Position numbers and translations under genes: made by a program. From Octopus bimaculoides (lineage: Eukaryota): a stretch of DNA of 44,321 nt. Numbering within the stretch: the first letter of the stretch is position 1; each line of letters opens with the position of its first letter. The notes under the pieces were generated by a model, which saw only the letters and a program-made list of their open reading frames with translations, searched no databases and was not told the DNA's origin. Below, piece after piece: positions 1 to 12,938 of the stretch. The stretch is from NCBI RefSeq assembly GCF_001194135.2, contig NC_068993.1:48691015-48735335 (forward strand), written 5' to 3'.

Positions 1-1090
1 TCCACCGCCACTGCCACCGCCGTCACTGCCACCACCACCACCACTAACACCACCACCACTAACACCACCACCACTATCACCACCACTGTTACTACCGTCA
101 CCACCACCACTATCGCCAACATTATCTACACCATTATCCCTACCAAACGCCCTCTCCTTCACCGCCATCCCCACTACCACGACTATTTCAAAGTAACAAC
201 ACCAGATTCCAAGATTAATCGGATTTTGATTCTGTGGAGGGTATAGGAGGTAGTTGTTAGTGGTGGGAGAAATAGTGGTGGGAGAAATATTGGTGGTTAC
301 ATAGCATGTTCGTGGTGGAAGTATTGGTTGAAGTGTTCATGGTTGTTGTGATCGTTATAGCAATGTTGTAGTGGTGACAGTGTTAGTGGTAGAAGTGTTG
401 GTGGTTGTGTGACGGTGGTGGTGTTGTTGTTGTTGGTGGTGGTGGTGGTACGGTCGGTGATGTTGTAGGTGGTGATGGCCGTGGTGGTGCATGTGGAGGT
501 GGTGGCGATGTGATGGCGGTGGTGTGATGGTGGTGGCGTGGTGGTGGTGGTGGTCGTCGTCGTCGTAATGGTGGATGTGGAGGTGGTGATGTTGTGTTGA
601 TATGATGGTGGTAGCCGAACCGGTGGTTATAGTGGTGGTGGTGGTGGAGAAGGTGGTGGTGCTGGTGGTGGTGGCGGCGGAGGCGGTCATAATGATGATG
701 ATGAATGTTTTTTAACACATTTGAAGTTAATACCTTCCCCCTTTTTTAGGTTAGAATTCAGGAAATATGGATCGGGTCATCCCATAAAGAATGCGGTGGT
801 AGTGGTGGTAAATGATGCCATGATGGCAGTGGTACAGTGGGTGGTGTTGTAGGTGGTGATGGTGGTGGTGGCGTTAGTGGTGGTGCATGTGGAGGCGGTG
901 GATGTGGTGGCTGTGGAGGTGGAGGTGGAGATGGTGGTGATGGTGAAGTCGGTGTGATGATGGTGATGTGATGGTGGCTGTGGTGTCGGTGGTCGCGCTG
1001 ATGTTGGTGTACAGGGTGGTGGTGGTGGTGCTCGTGTGAGTGATGATGGTGATGATAACAATGATAATGGCAGTGGTGATGATGAAGGTA

Positions 1091-1122
<32 letters not shown>

Positions 1123-1125
1123 AAC
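1..1125. repeat. Degenerate trinucleotide microsatellite field: (CCA)n on + at 1-180, then (GGT)n/(GAT)n from ~350
   Basis: Visible period-3 low-complexity sequence. Confidence 0.9.
771..796 (+). mobile_element. Isolated partial mariner-like TIR
   Basis: ATCGGGTCATCCCATAAAGAATGCGG is identical to 11777-11802, the start of the mariner relic. Confidence 0.65.
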
Positions 1126-1181
1126 TAACAATAACACTGTCATTTCAATAAAGACAAAAGCAGTAATAGAAACGATAAGGA

Positions 1182-1409
1182 GGCGAGCTGGCAGAAACGT
1201 TAGCACGCCGGGCGAAATGCTTAGCGGTATTTCGTCTGCCGTTACGTTCTGAGTTCAAATTCCGCCGAGGTCGACTTTGCCTTTCATCCTTTCGGGGTCG
1301 ATTAAATAAGTACCAGTTACGCACTGGGGTCGATGTAATCGACTTAATCCCTTTGTCTGTCCTTGTTTGTCCCGTCTATGTTTAGCCTCTTGTGGACAAT
1401 AAAGAAACA
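1182..1409 (+). mobile_element. Full-length tRNA-derived SINE, family A (Meta-domain-like body), with TSD
   Basis: A-box-like TGGCAGAAACG, B-box-like GAGTTCAAATTCC and central GACTTTGCCTTTCATCCTTTCGGGGTCGAT block. Direct repeat AGAAACGATAAGGAGG at 1168-1183 and 1410-1425. Highly similar copy at 31770. Confidence 0.9.
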
Positions 1410-1731
1410 AGAAACGATAAGGAGGAGGAGGAGGAGGGGGAAAAAAGAAGAAGCAGGAGGTAAGGAATAAATGGAAAGATGATGAAGAAGTGGTCGACCC
1501 AATGGTGGAAGAGGAGAAAAGGGTGGGACGACGATAATGATGATGAAGATGGTAATGATGATCGTGATGTAGATGTTGACGGCGATGACGGCGATGATGA
1601 TTATGATGATGATGAGGTGATGAAGATGAAGGGCCAGAGGAGGAGGACGTTGGTGGGTGTGTTTGTAACAATTGGACATTGGACTTGTTGAAACATGAGA
1701 TGGCCACGTTGGACTGGAATTGTTATTTCAG

Positions 1732-2088
1732 TTCTTCTTCTTCTTCTTCTTCTTCTTCTTCTTCTTCTTCTTCTTCTTCTTCTTCTTCTTCTTCTTCTTC
1801 TTCTTGCTGTATGTTCATTGTGAAGTTGCACATGCATGAGAGCATTAGTGTTGTTGTTGTTGTTGTTGTCGTTCTCGTCATTGTTGTTGTTGATTCCATT
1901 CGTGCTCTTTGTTTTTTGGGTTTTTTTGTGTTATTGTTGTAATGATTTCCCTGCGCCTGTTGTTATTGTTTGTTGTTGTTGTTATTGTCACCATTTTTGT
2001 TGTTCCTGTTGGCTTTGTTATATATAACGCTGTTGTTGTTGTTATTGTATTAGTCGTTGCTCTAATTGTTATTGTTGTTATTGTTGTT

Positions 2089-2119
<31 letters not shown>

Positions 2120-2424
2120 CTGCTGTTGTTGCTGCAGTTATTGGTGCTGTTGTTGCAAAAATCCTACGTCGACCATGATAGCAATGGTAGAGTGGGTGTG
2201 ATGGTGATGATGATGATGATGATGACGATGATGATGGTGATGAAGATGATGATGATGATGATGAAGATGATGATAATGATGAGGAGGAGCAGAAGGATGA
2301 AGATGATGATGACGATGATGACGATGATGATGACGACGAGGATGATGATGACGACGAGGATGATGACGATGATGATGATGATGGTGATGAAGATGATGAT
2401 GGTGATGATGATGATGGTGATGAA

Positions 2425-2456
<32 letters not shown>

Positions 2457-2490
2457 CGACGAGGATGATGATGACGACGACGACGACGAC

Positions 2491-2522
<32 letters not shown>

Positions 2523-2562
2523 GGATGTTGATGATGATGATGATGATGATGNNNNNNNNNNC

Positions 2563-2594
<32 letters not shown>

Positions 2595-2632
2595 GGATGT
2601 TGATGATGATGATGATGATGATGATGAGGATG

Positions 2633-2664
<32 letters not shown>

Positions 2665-2720
2665 GATGATGGTGATGGTGATGTTGGTGTGCTGGTGGCG
2701 GTGCTGCTGCTGCTGATGAT
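1732..2720. repeat. Compound microsatellites (TCT)n, (GTT)n, (GAT/GAC)n
   Basis: Directly visible; contains a 10-N gap. Confidence 0.95.
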
Positions 2721-3201
2721 GATAGTTGTGATGTTGGTGCGGTAGGGAGTGATGGTGGTGTTGACGGTGGTGGTTATGGTGGCGGTGGTGACGATGCTGG
2801 TGGCAATGGCGGTAGTGGTAGTGGTGGTAGTGGTCGTGGTGGTGGTCGTGGTTGTCGTCGTGGTTGTCATCGTTATGGCGATTATTGTGTCGGTGTTACT
2901 GTTTATGCTACGTTGTCGTTGCTGGTATTGATGCGGTTCTTACGGATTTTCTTCCATCTTCTCATCAACTGTCTGTCGGAGTTTCCATGGTCACTGTCGC
3001 CGTTCTGTTTGTCCTTATTACTGTCGTAGCTGTGGCTGTCGTTATTATTGTTCACGATGTTGTTGTTGTTGTTGTTGTGGCTGTACTATTGAAATTATTA
3101 TTAAACTCTCTTGTCTACACTAGACATCAATTGCGTCATGATTTCTTTATGGACAGAAGCCTTTATTCTCCCAAAACGAGCAGCGGCAGCAACGTAACTT
3201 A

Positions 3202-3231
3202 TAGTAGTAGTAGTAGTAGTAGTAGCAGTAT

Positions 3232-3303
<72 letters not shown>
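3202..3303. repeat. (TAG)n microsatellite
   Basis: Near-perfect tract. Confidence 0.95.
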
Positions 3304-3419
3304 CTTTAACATATATTTTAGTGCGCATCTGTGTTCATTTACTCACCATGTGTAAAATACTTTTCGAACTTAGCATCTGTTTATTTATTTACCAAACTTA
3401 ATTTTTCTATTCCTCTGAA

Positions 3420-3492
3420 GGCGCTGGCGTGGGCTGTGTGGTAAGAAGTTTGCTTCCCAACCACAAGCACGGAACCTTGGACAAGTGCCTTT
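3420..3492 (+). mobile_element. SINE family B (CORE-like), head fragment
   Basis: GGCTGTGTGGTAAGAAGTTTGCTTCCCAACCAC..CCTTGGACAAGTG matches the copies at 24455 and 40299. Confidence 0.7.
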
Positions 3493-3499
3493 TGCGTAA

Positions 3500-3535
<36 letters not shown>

Positions 3536-3579
3536 TTATGCGTGTATGTATGATTTTATGAATCCCACCACATATATAT

Positions 3580-3639
<60 letters not shown>

Positions 3640-3859
3640 TCATACCACACACACATACACAATCATTTGTATATATGTGTATATACTATAATATATATAT
3701 CTAGCAATCTGCTCCCTCTTTTTCTTTCTCTTTCGATCTCTTTGTCTTTCTTTCCTTATTTCTGTCTGTCTATCTTTTCCACTTTATATATAATGTAACA
3801 CCAGAATGAAGGTCAGATTACGCGGGCATTCCTAGTGGTATTGTAGTAGTAGTAGTAGT

Positions 3860-4088
3860 AGTGTTGGTGATGATGATGATCATCATGATCATGAAGATTG
3901 TAGTATTGGTGCTGGCGGTGGTGATGGTGGTGTTGAAAATGCTGTTGGTGTCGGAGATAGTGTTTTATGGTGGACAGGAGTTAGTGGCAATGATAGCGCT
4001 GGCGACACCGGCGATTGTGATAGTGATGGCGATGATGATGATGATGATGATGCTGATGATGATGTTGATGATGATTGATGATGATGAT

Positions 4089-4126
<38 letters not shown>

Positions 4127-4138
4127 GTAATGATGGTG

Positions 4139-4194
<56 letters not shown>

Positions 4195-4255
4195 GCGGTG
4201 AGGATGATGATGATGGTGATGATGATTATGATGATGATGAGGATTATGATGATAC
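3860..4255. repeat. (GAT)n microsatellite field
   Basis: Directly visible. Confidence 0.95.
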
Positions 4256-4605
4256 TGAGTGATACCGTTGGTAATTAGGAGGAGTGGTATCTCAGACAAA
4301 AACAAAAGACAACGTAAACTGCTGCATCAAACTGTTCATGCCAATGGGGCTACGTTGCGTGACAAGGGGTGGAGGTTACGAATCGCAGGGGCTTCTCTGT
4401 AAAAGCGTAACAAAAGGGCCGGTGGGGTTATCACGGGGACATACCGTACACATCAGACGGAGGTGAGATGGGGGTACCGTGTAGGTGACAGGCAACAAAA
4501 TCCATTAACTTAGTAACTTCGGTTAGTTCCCAACACTTTTATGTTTTCCGTCTAATGTCTCCATGCGTCACCCCCTCTGGCAAAAATAGAAACTATTACG
4601 TTGCA

Positions 4606-4791
<186 letters not shown>

Positions 4792-4803
4792 AGTATTACG
4801 ATA

Positions 4804-4950
4804 GTGAGCTAGCAAAAATGTTAGCGCGTCGGGAAAATGCTTTGCAGCATATATTCAGGTTCTTTACATCCTGTGTTCAAATCCCGCCGTGCCATTCATG
4901 GTTTCGGAGTCGATAAAATAAAGAACCAGTTAAGTATTGTGACTGATGCA
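4804..4950 (+). mobile_element. Decayed SINE family A
   Basis: GAGCTAGCAAAAATGTTAGC..GTTCAAATCCCGCCG..GGAGTCGATAAAATAA aligns loosely to 1182-1320. Confidence 0.6.
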
Positions 4951-5046
4951 TATAAAAGTACTGAAGGTCGATGCTATGAAAGTTTTATTAAAGGTCGATT
5001 TTCAGAGACATTATCGGTTAACTCCACTACTTCAAAGCCGCTGGAG

Positions 5047-5277
5047 TTTTCCTGGAAAGTTCCACGGATTCCATGGAAAGTCCCGGGTGTTTCCTGGGAA
5101 GTTCCGATGATCAGCTAATTCATGGACAGTTCCGAGGATGAGCTAAATCCTGGAAAGTTCCGGGGATGTGACTTCCTGGAAAGTTTCGATGATTTCTTGG
5201 AAAGAACCGAAGGTTTCCTGGAAAGTTCCGATGATGAGCTACTTCCTGGAAAGTTCATGGGATTTTCTGGTGAAACC
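5047..5277 (+). repeat. Minisatellite of 10 units, core TTCCTGGAAAGTTCC, mostly 21/28-bp spacing
   Basis: TGG anchors at 5053, 5074, 5095, 5123, 5151, 5177, 5198, 5219, 5247 and 5268. Confidence 0.9.
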
Positions 5278-5854
5278 GGGTTTAGCTGCTAGTATTATAT
5301 ATATATGAACATATATTTGTGGTTTGGGTTTTAACTGCCCTTTTAGCATGTAAAGAGTCCTGTTAAGGGTCTTCTCTCTGTGTATAAAAATATTTTATAC
5401 ACTTATATATANNNNNNNNNNNNNNNNNNNNNNNNNNNNNNNNNNNNNNNNNNNNNNNNNNNNNNNNNNNNNNNNNNNNNNNNNNNNNNNNNNNNNNNNN
5501 NNNNNNNNNNNNNNNNNNNNNNNNNNNNNNNNNNNNNNNNNNNNNNNNNNNNNNNNNNNNNNNNNNNNNNNNNNNNNNNNNNNNNNNNNNNNNNNNNNNN
5601 NNNNNNNNNNNNNNNNNNNNNNNNNNNNNNNNNNNNNNNNNNNNNNNNNNNNNNNNNNNNNNNNNNNNNNNNNNNNNNNNNNNNNNNNNNNNNNNNNNNN
5701 NNNNNNNNNNNNNNNNATATACATATATTTAACATAATTGATATCGCAGTATATGCATAAACAAGCAATCAGAATGGCACATATGTGTGTATGCCTATAT
5801 ATATCCTTTTATTTTATTAAGTTTTGCAGCTCAATGGATATCCTTTCTTACTTG

Positions 5855-6050
5855 GTTTTGGTAAAGGAGGGAGTTCGATATTATTGCTCCGTTTTAATTT
5901 TTTTTACCACGGTGTAGGTTCTGTAGGTTCATCTTGAACCTTGGACAGCAAGATATCGAGTTTTTTTTTCTGTTAAAAACATCTACCCCTACTCCATGTA
6001 GATATCTCAGGTGTTTTGGCAAGATATTAAATAGCTGCGGTCATTTGAAT
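5855..6050 (-). mobile_element. LINE ORF2 C-terminal relic, CR1/L2 group
   Basis: With a stop and frameshifts reads FK*PQLFNILPKHLRYLHGVGVDVFNRK/LDILLSKVQDEP/AIISNSLLYQ, resembling the (G)PxLFNxLP..FKxxLD end of CR1-type ORF2. Confidence 0.7.
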
Positions 6051-6091
6051 CGTTCATCTCTTACGGAAATATTATAACTAGCTTTTTTTGC

Positions 6092-6127
<36 letters not shown>

Positions 6128-8682
6128 TACTGCGATCGCAAATAACCTTTCAGTTTATGAATTATTATTATTATTTACACAATTGAAAAAATGGACTCTG
6201 CTAACCANNNNNNNNNNCCTTTCAGTTTATGAATTATTATTATTATTTACACAATTGAAAAAATGGACTCTGCTAACCAAAAACCATCGCACACACACAC
6301 ACACACGCACACACACACACACATAATGATTAAAACAACATTATGCTATCAGTAAGCTGAAATATGAGTGATAAAACGCCTAAGTGCTATAATTTCACCA
6401 AATAATTTCTTAACGCAGGGGAATTAGTCTACGCAAATATCGAAAAAGAGAAGAGCCAGGTGGAATAATAAGACTCTTTCCATAATTTCGAGTAAATGAG
6501 ACTTTGTTTTTTTTGTTTTTTTTTTTCCTTTCCACTCTCCATACAATATATTAATAACAACCTAATTATTTCCCTACAACTTTAATTTTCAAATATCTTT
6601 CTTATTTGCAAGATGACAAAACATTAGATGAAAATATATTTGACATCGCTTTTTAAATGACTGCGAAGCTACTGTTTTGTTGTTGATGATGTTGTTGTTC
6701 TCTATAGCCACAGTACAATGTTGGTCTGGCAGACATTTGATCAAATGCGTTTTAGCCATGGTCAACTCCAAAACATTTAATTTCACATTGCTCTACTGCT
6801 GTGTAGGTGACCACCAGAATGTCAAAGAATAGACCCAACATTTCGTCTAAATGACGTCACGGTTTCCTAAAACACGTTGAAGGTAGGATTTGGCTGTTAT
6901 TTCTGGAAGGTCGAATAACATTCATGTAGCGGTTGCCTTTTAGTCAAATGATTTGCTGTTTAAACTTAATTGTAGTAAACGGAAACCCTTGGTAATTTCT
7001 TCAATTTAAAGGGTTCCCGAGTGGAGATATTTCTTAAATGTCTCTGGAGTTTACCTCGTTAGTGATAATTATGTAAAGGGGTAAACGATTAGTTTTGTGA
7101 GGTGTGGTGCTGGTGTTGGTGTTGGTAGTGGTAGTGGTACTGGCTGTCTTCCTAGTGGTGGAAGTAGTAGTAGTAGTAGTGACAAGTGTGCGTCGTAGTG
7201 CAGTGGCGGTGATGGTTGTGATGGTGACGCAAGGGATTGTCTGCGTGTGTGATGGAACTGATGCTAGTTGTGACAGCGGACTGGCTGGGGGAAGGGGGTT
7301 CATTGTCGGTGTACACAGTGAGGGCGCTGGTGATGGTAGTGGTGGTTGTGGTGGTGGGGGTGGGGGTACTGCTGCTGCTGCTTCTGCTGCTGCTCTTGTA
7401 GTGGTGATGATAGAAAGCATGGAAATGTGGGAAATGGTTTTAATGCTGATGTGGTGGTGGTGGTGGTGGTAGTGGTGGGGCGACTGGTGAGGTGCTGGGG
7501 GGTGTTGATGTTAATGGTAAAGTTAATGACAATTATGTAATGGTGTAAACTATTAGTTCTGCACATTATGGCATCGACGACGGTGGTGGTGGTGGCGGTG
7601 GTGGTGGTGGTGNNNNNNNNNNNNNNNNNNNNNNNNNNNNNNNNNNNNNNNNNNNNNNNNNNNNNNNNNNNNNNNNNNNNNNNNNNNNNNNNNNNNNNNN
7701 NNNNNNNNNNNNNNNNNNNNNNNNNNNNNNNNNNNNNNNNNNNNNNNNNNNNNNNNNNNNNNNNNNNNNNNNNNNNNNNNNNNNNNNNNNNNNNNNNNNN
7801 NNNNNNNNNNNNNNNNNNNNNNNNNNNNNNNNNNNNNNNNNNNNNNNNNNNNNNNNNNNNNNNNNNNNNNNNNNNNNNNNNNNNNNNNNNNNNNNNNNNN
7901 NNNNNNNNNNNNNNNNNNNNNNNNNNNNNNNNNNNNNNNNNNNNNNNNNNNNNNNNNNNNNNNNNNNNNNNNNNNNNNNNNNNNNNNNNNNNNNNNNNNN
8001 NNNNNNNNNNNNNNNNNNNNNNNNNNNNNNNNNNNNNNNNNNNNNNNNNNNNNNNNNNNNNNNNNNNNNNNNNNNNNNNNNNNNNNNNNNNNNNNNNNNN
8101 NNNNNNNNNNNNNNNNNNNNNNNNNNNNNNNNNNNNNNNNNNNNNNNNNNNNNNNNNNNNNNNNNNNNNNNNNNNNNNNNNNNNNNNNNNNNNNNNNNNN
8201 NNNNNNNNNNNNNNNNNNNNNNNNNNNNNNNNNNNNNNNNNNNNNNNNNNNNNNNNNNNNNNNNNNNNNNNNNNNNNNNNNNNNNNNNNNNNNNNNNNNN
8301 NNNNNNNNNNNNNNNNNNNNNNNNNNNNNNNNNNNNNNNNNNNNNNNNNNNNNNNNNNNNNNNNNNNNNNNNNNNNNNNNNNNNNNNNNNNNNNNNNNNN
8401 NNNNNNNNNNNNNNNNNNNNNNNNNNNNNNNNNNNNNNNNNNNNNNNNNNNNNNNNNNNNNNNNNNNNNNNNNNNNNNNNNNNNNNNNNNNNNNNNNNNN
8501 NNNNNNNNNNNNNNNNNNNNNNNNNNNNNNNNNNNNNNNNNNNNNNNNNNNNNTATATATATTTATGCATATATGTATAAATATATAAATATCTATGCAT
8601 ATATGTTATATGTATATATACGTTAGTTCGCCTATTTACACATATGTCTGTGTATGAATATGTAATTGTGTAAGTGTATGTA

Positions 8683-8717
<35 letters not shown>

Positions 8718-9816
8718 TTATATAAAGTTTGCTTAAAACGAATATAAGTGGCGGACACTTGAAATTAAACTATTGCCTATAATTTGGTGTCGAGAGTATA
8801 TAGCTTTGTCTTTCAACACTTTCAGTCTAGTCAAATGTGTGTTAGTGTGTGCATGTGTATGTATGTGTGGTCACTTACGCGAGCGTATGTGTGTGTGTGT
8901 GTGTGTCTTTATGTTTGAGCACTTATGCACACATAAAACAGGAACACGCGCAGGCATGTTGTATATTCATATGTACATATATATATACATGTATTTATGT
9001 AATGTTTAGGTATATATATATGTATATNNNNNNNNNNNNNNNNNNNNNNNNNNNNNNNNNNNNNNNNNNNNNNNNNNNNNNNNNNNNNNNNNNNNNNNNN
9101 NNNNNNNNNNNNNNNNNNNNNNNNNNNTATATATACACAAATGCCTGTTTGTGTGTGTGAATGAAGATGCGCATGTATGTGTGTGTGTTCGTGTGAACGT
9201 GTATGTGTCTGCATACCATATGGTCAAACATGCGGAGCTATATTTCGACTGTCTGTATGAGTGTGTGTGTGTATATATATATAAATATACGCACAAACTC
9301 ACACACACACAAACACATATATGTGCATATTCATATAATGCGTATGCAACGGGGTGTATATTTGGTATCTTCATTTGGTTTACTTTAAACATTTTTCTCA
9401 AACATACAGACATTAGAACACACTTACACACACACACGCTAATTGGTATACAGACATAAACACATTCATCGTTCCCGCACATACCCTGACTCACACGCCC
9501 GGACATAAGCATACACACATTCACCTTTACACGCATAATCGCATACGCAAATACATTTACATACGCGTATATACTTTCTTACATANNNNNNNNNNNNNNN
9601 NNNNNNNNNNNNNNNNNNNNNNNNNNNNNNNNNNNNNNNNNNNNNNNNNNNNNNNNNNNNNNNNNNNNNNNNNNNNNNNNNNNNNNNNNNNNNNNNNNNN
9701 NNNNNNNNNNNNNNNNNNNNNNNNNNNNNNNNNNNNNNNNNNNNNNNNNNNNNNNNNNNNNNNNNNNNNNNNNNNNNNNNNNNNNNNNNNNNNNNNNNNN
9801 NNNNNNNNNNNNNNNN

Positions 9817-9847
<31 letters not shown>

Positions 9848-11420
9848 CATACAAATATGCATGTGTGTGCGCGCGTATATATATGTATGTTTATATATAT
9901 GTATAAATGGTTGTGTGTTTGGGTGTACGTATGTGTGTGCGTGTGTGTGTGTATGTATGCGCATAATTGCATGCTTAGATGTACATATATGTGCGAGTGT
10001 CTGTGGGGACGGGTGGGTGCATGAGGGTGACGTTTGAATGTGTAAGTAAATAGTCTGATAAGTCACGCCAATTTCTTGAACGCTATTTTTCAATTACGTT
10101 GGCGTTCCCGCTTTCTCTCTATCTTAATTTTGTCGTCCCATACTTGTTATGTACACACATGCACTAAACAGCAAACAGAAAAGTTAGCTGGTGACGGTGA
10201 CAGGCGTGATCCAGTTGCGGTTCCACCTCGATTGTATGTATGTATGCACCAACACTCTGGGAATAGAAAGGGGGCAGGCGAAGTCACTTTGAATGTCGGC
10301 TACTCTTAATTAGCTTAATAGGATTTGGAACATCCAACAGGATAATGAGATTAGAGTAAAAGTTATGGGGCTGGGTGGTGAATAGGAAGCAAAGAAATAT
10401 AGACAAGGATGCAAAAAGAGAAAGAGAGGAGATGATAATGAGAGGTATTAAGGGGCGATAACGAACGAACCAAAAATGTTAAGAATTTCAAGTATGTTGT
10501 AACACTCTATGGAATTTTGGTGATAGTATGTGACATTCTTACAACTTCGTTTCGGTTTTCGCAGTGGCTACTTTGGTTGAATGGCTGCATTATTTTTGTC
10601 TTATTTTAGTTGTGGAGTTCATGAGTTCGAATCCAGTTGTTTGACTAATTCACGCTTTGTAAATATCGACAGGGTTTGTTCTTCATAAAACCTGTATTTA
10701 TTGACTCGATAAAAAACAAATTATTCTACATTATATTCCGTTTTCTAATCTTTGTTTTAAATTCTATTTTCTGATTTCATTCGGTGGACCACAGTCAAGC
10801 AGGGGCGATGCCAGAGAGATGTTGTCAACCAATTATTTTCCCGTCGATTTTACTACGCGATGAATATTTACCGATTTCAAAAACGACGAGAAGGAAATGA
10901 TATTTGACGTAAAATGTTTAACCACAAACAGAAGTAAAGACTGCATTGTATTCTGGTTCGCAGCACCGATTTACTTCATACTACGCCACTGCACACACAT
11001 ACGCACATACGCACCCACACGCGTAGGTACGCGCATACACACAAAGATACATATCGAAGCATTTAGAAACTATATATATATATAAATACTACCTATATCT
11101 ATGCTATTCTCCTTCTTTCTTATCGACGTGTCGCTGACTCTCTTTTCTTTCTCTTACATAAACACAGTAAGAGATTAAGATACATACAAACTTCAAATAT
11201 GTATTGAAGTTTTGCAGATTGTCAGAATATTCTACGTACTAAACGTTAGTTAATGGAAATCTTTGCACTTAAAGGCCAAACATGACCTTCGACTCCTCTG
11301 AGGGTAACATTTGCAACATGTCTGGATTTTGAATTAAACATACATTCTCCTTGATTGCCGAGTGTTATATTTATTATAATATGCTTCAAATATTTACAAA
11401 ATAGTTTATAGATCGGTTTA

Positions 11421-11489
11421 CATATTAATTAGTTTAATATTTATAATTACACTTGCATATTAATTAGTTTAATATTTATAATTACACTT
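11421..11489. repeat. Perfect tandem duplication, period 35 bp
   Basis: CATATTAATTAGTTTAATATTTATAATTACACTT at 11421 and 11456. Confidence 0.9.
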
Positions 11490-11777
11490 CCGCGGTAAAT
11501 TCTGTGAATATTTAATACGTTTTGCTTTAATGCAGTCGTATTAGATTACAGTTAATTCAGTGTGGCCTGAAATTGTATGTAAAAATTCATGGCCCTCGAT
11601 GGTATAGATGCAGGTGGCGGCGGCGGCGGTGGAGGCGGTGGCGGCGGCAGTGATGATGATGATGATGAAGATGATGATGATAATGATGATGATGATGATG
11701 ATGAATGTTTTTGACTTGTAAAACATATTTGAAGTTAATACCTTCTCCTTTTTATGTTAGAATTCAGAAAATATGTA

Positions 11778-12430
11778 TCGGGTCATCCCATAAAGAATGC
11801 GGTTTTTTCCATTGCATGAACTAAAAGTCGGAGCGGGACGGGATGAAACTACTCCTTAGATTTCGTCATTTAACCATTTATCGACACCTGCGTGTCAATG
11901 TGTTCCTCACAAACTTTCCGAGTCTAATCGCGCTCAGAGAATGAATGTGTCCTCTTCTGTGCAGGCATGTTTCCCGAATGAACCTGTTTTGGACCCAATA
12001 GTGACTGGTGACGAGAAATGGTTTCTCTATAAAAATGTCAAGCGCTGAATACAGTGTGTAGGGAAAGGAGAAACACCGGCACCCCAGGCTAAAGAAGGTT
12101 TTCACCCACGTAAGGTGTTATTATCTGTTTGGTGGATATGAAAAGTTTAGTCTAGTTTGACTTTTTAATCCCAAACCAAACAATAACAAAGAAGCAGCTT
12201 AAACGGCTTAAGTCAGCGCTAGAAGAAAAACGACTATCTTTGGTTTCAAGAAGAAAGGTGTTCTTCCATTAGGATAATGCTCAGCCACATACAGCGAGGA
12301 TGACATTCCAAAGGTTGGAGCGGTTTGAATAGGAAACGATGTCCCACCTACCATATTTGCCGGACATTGCTCCATCTGATTATCATTTATTCTGCAGTCT
12401 TCAAAATCATTTATTCGGAAAAAAATATGA
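11778..12430 (+). mobile_element. Mariner (DD34D) transposon relic: 5' TIR plus internally deleted transposase pseudogene
   Basis: TA then TIR-like TCGGGTCATCCCATAAAGAATGCGGTTTTT. From 11896: CVPHKL (WVPHEL motif), IVTGDEKW, SVWW/DMK, H*DNAQPH, YLPDIAPSDYHLF with 34 residues between D2 and D3. Several stops and frameshifts. Confidence 0.93.
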
Positions 12431-12585
12431 ATTTTTTTAAAAGGTGGGATGTTTATTGTACACCTCTGCCAAGAAAACTGAGGAGGTTTTGACCGCTTTC
12501 GCCCTTTAACCTAGGGGTTTTAACCGAGGAGGCTTTATCGAAAGGAGGTGTTTTTGTTCCAGGGGTGTTTTCTTGTGTGTATCCC

Positions 12586-12830
12586 ACACCAGGCACATAT
12601 ATCTCGACCATATGTGAGCGACATGGTGATTTCATATCAAGATAAACAGCGCATGACCTTGCAGGTGAGGCTCAGTTAGAATTTACTTCGAGTTGAGTAG
12701 CCCATCCCGCTCAAAAGGTCCCTAAATAAGGGTTGCTGAATGATGTTGAATAATTCACCTTTGTTGGATTATTCAAACTCCAAAGAATTCCTCTCAACAC
12801 ATGGCTACGATGCTCTCTCACTATTTCTTC
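12586..12830 (-). mobile_element. Unclassified (AAT)n-associated repeat, copy A
   Basis: Aligns to 12939-13168 and 22285-22819. Strand assignment is tentative. Confidence 0.8.
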
Positions 12831-12938
12831 TCATTATTATTATCATTATTATTATTATCATTATTATTATTATCATCATTATTATTATTATTATTATTAT
12901 NNNNNNNNNNGATTATTATAACAATAATTATTATTATT

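Noticed and set aside
5047-5277. CRISPR-like, hammerhead or box C/D reading of the array
   Set aside because: Spacers are only ~6-13 nt and homologous to each other, and the context is eukaryotic. ATGATGAG..GAAA lacks the core C and stem II.
6146-6279. 62-bp perfect duplication
   Set aside because: The copies sit on either side of a 10-N gap, typical of unmerged overlapping contig ends.
6807-6882. AG...GT-bounded exon candidate
   Set aside because: It has stops in all three frames and no other support.
12480-12575. Repeated GGGGTTTT-like motifs (telomere-like or TE subterminal)
   Set aside because: Only ~5 very degenerate units; not TTAGGG; no terminus found.
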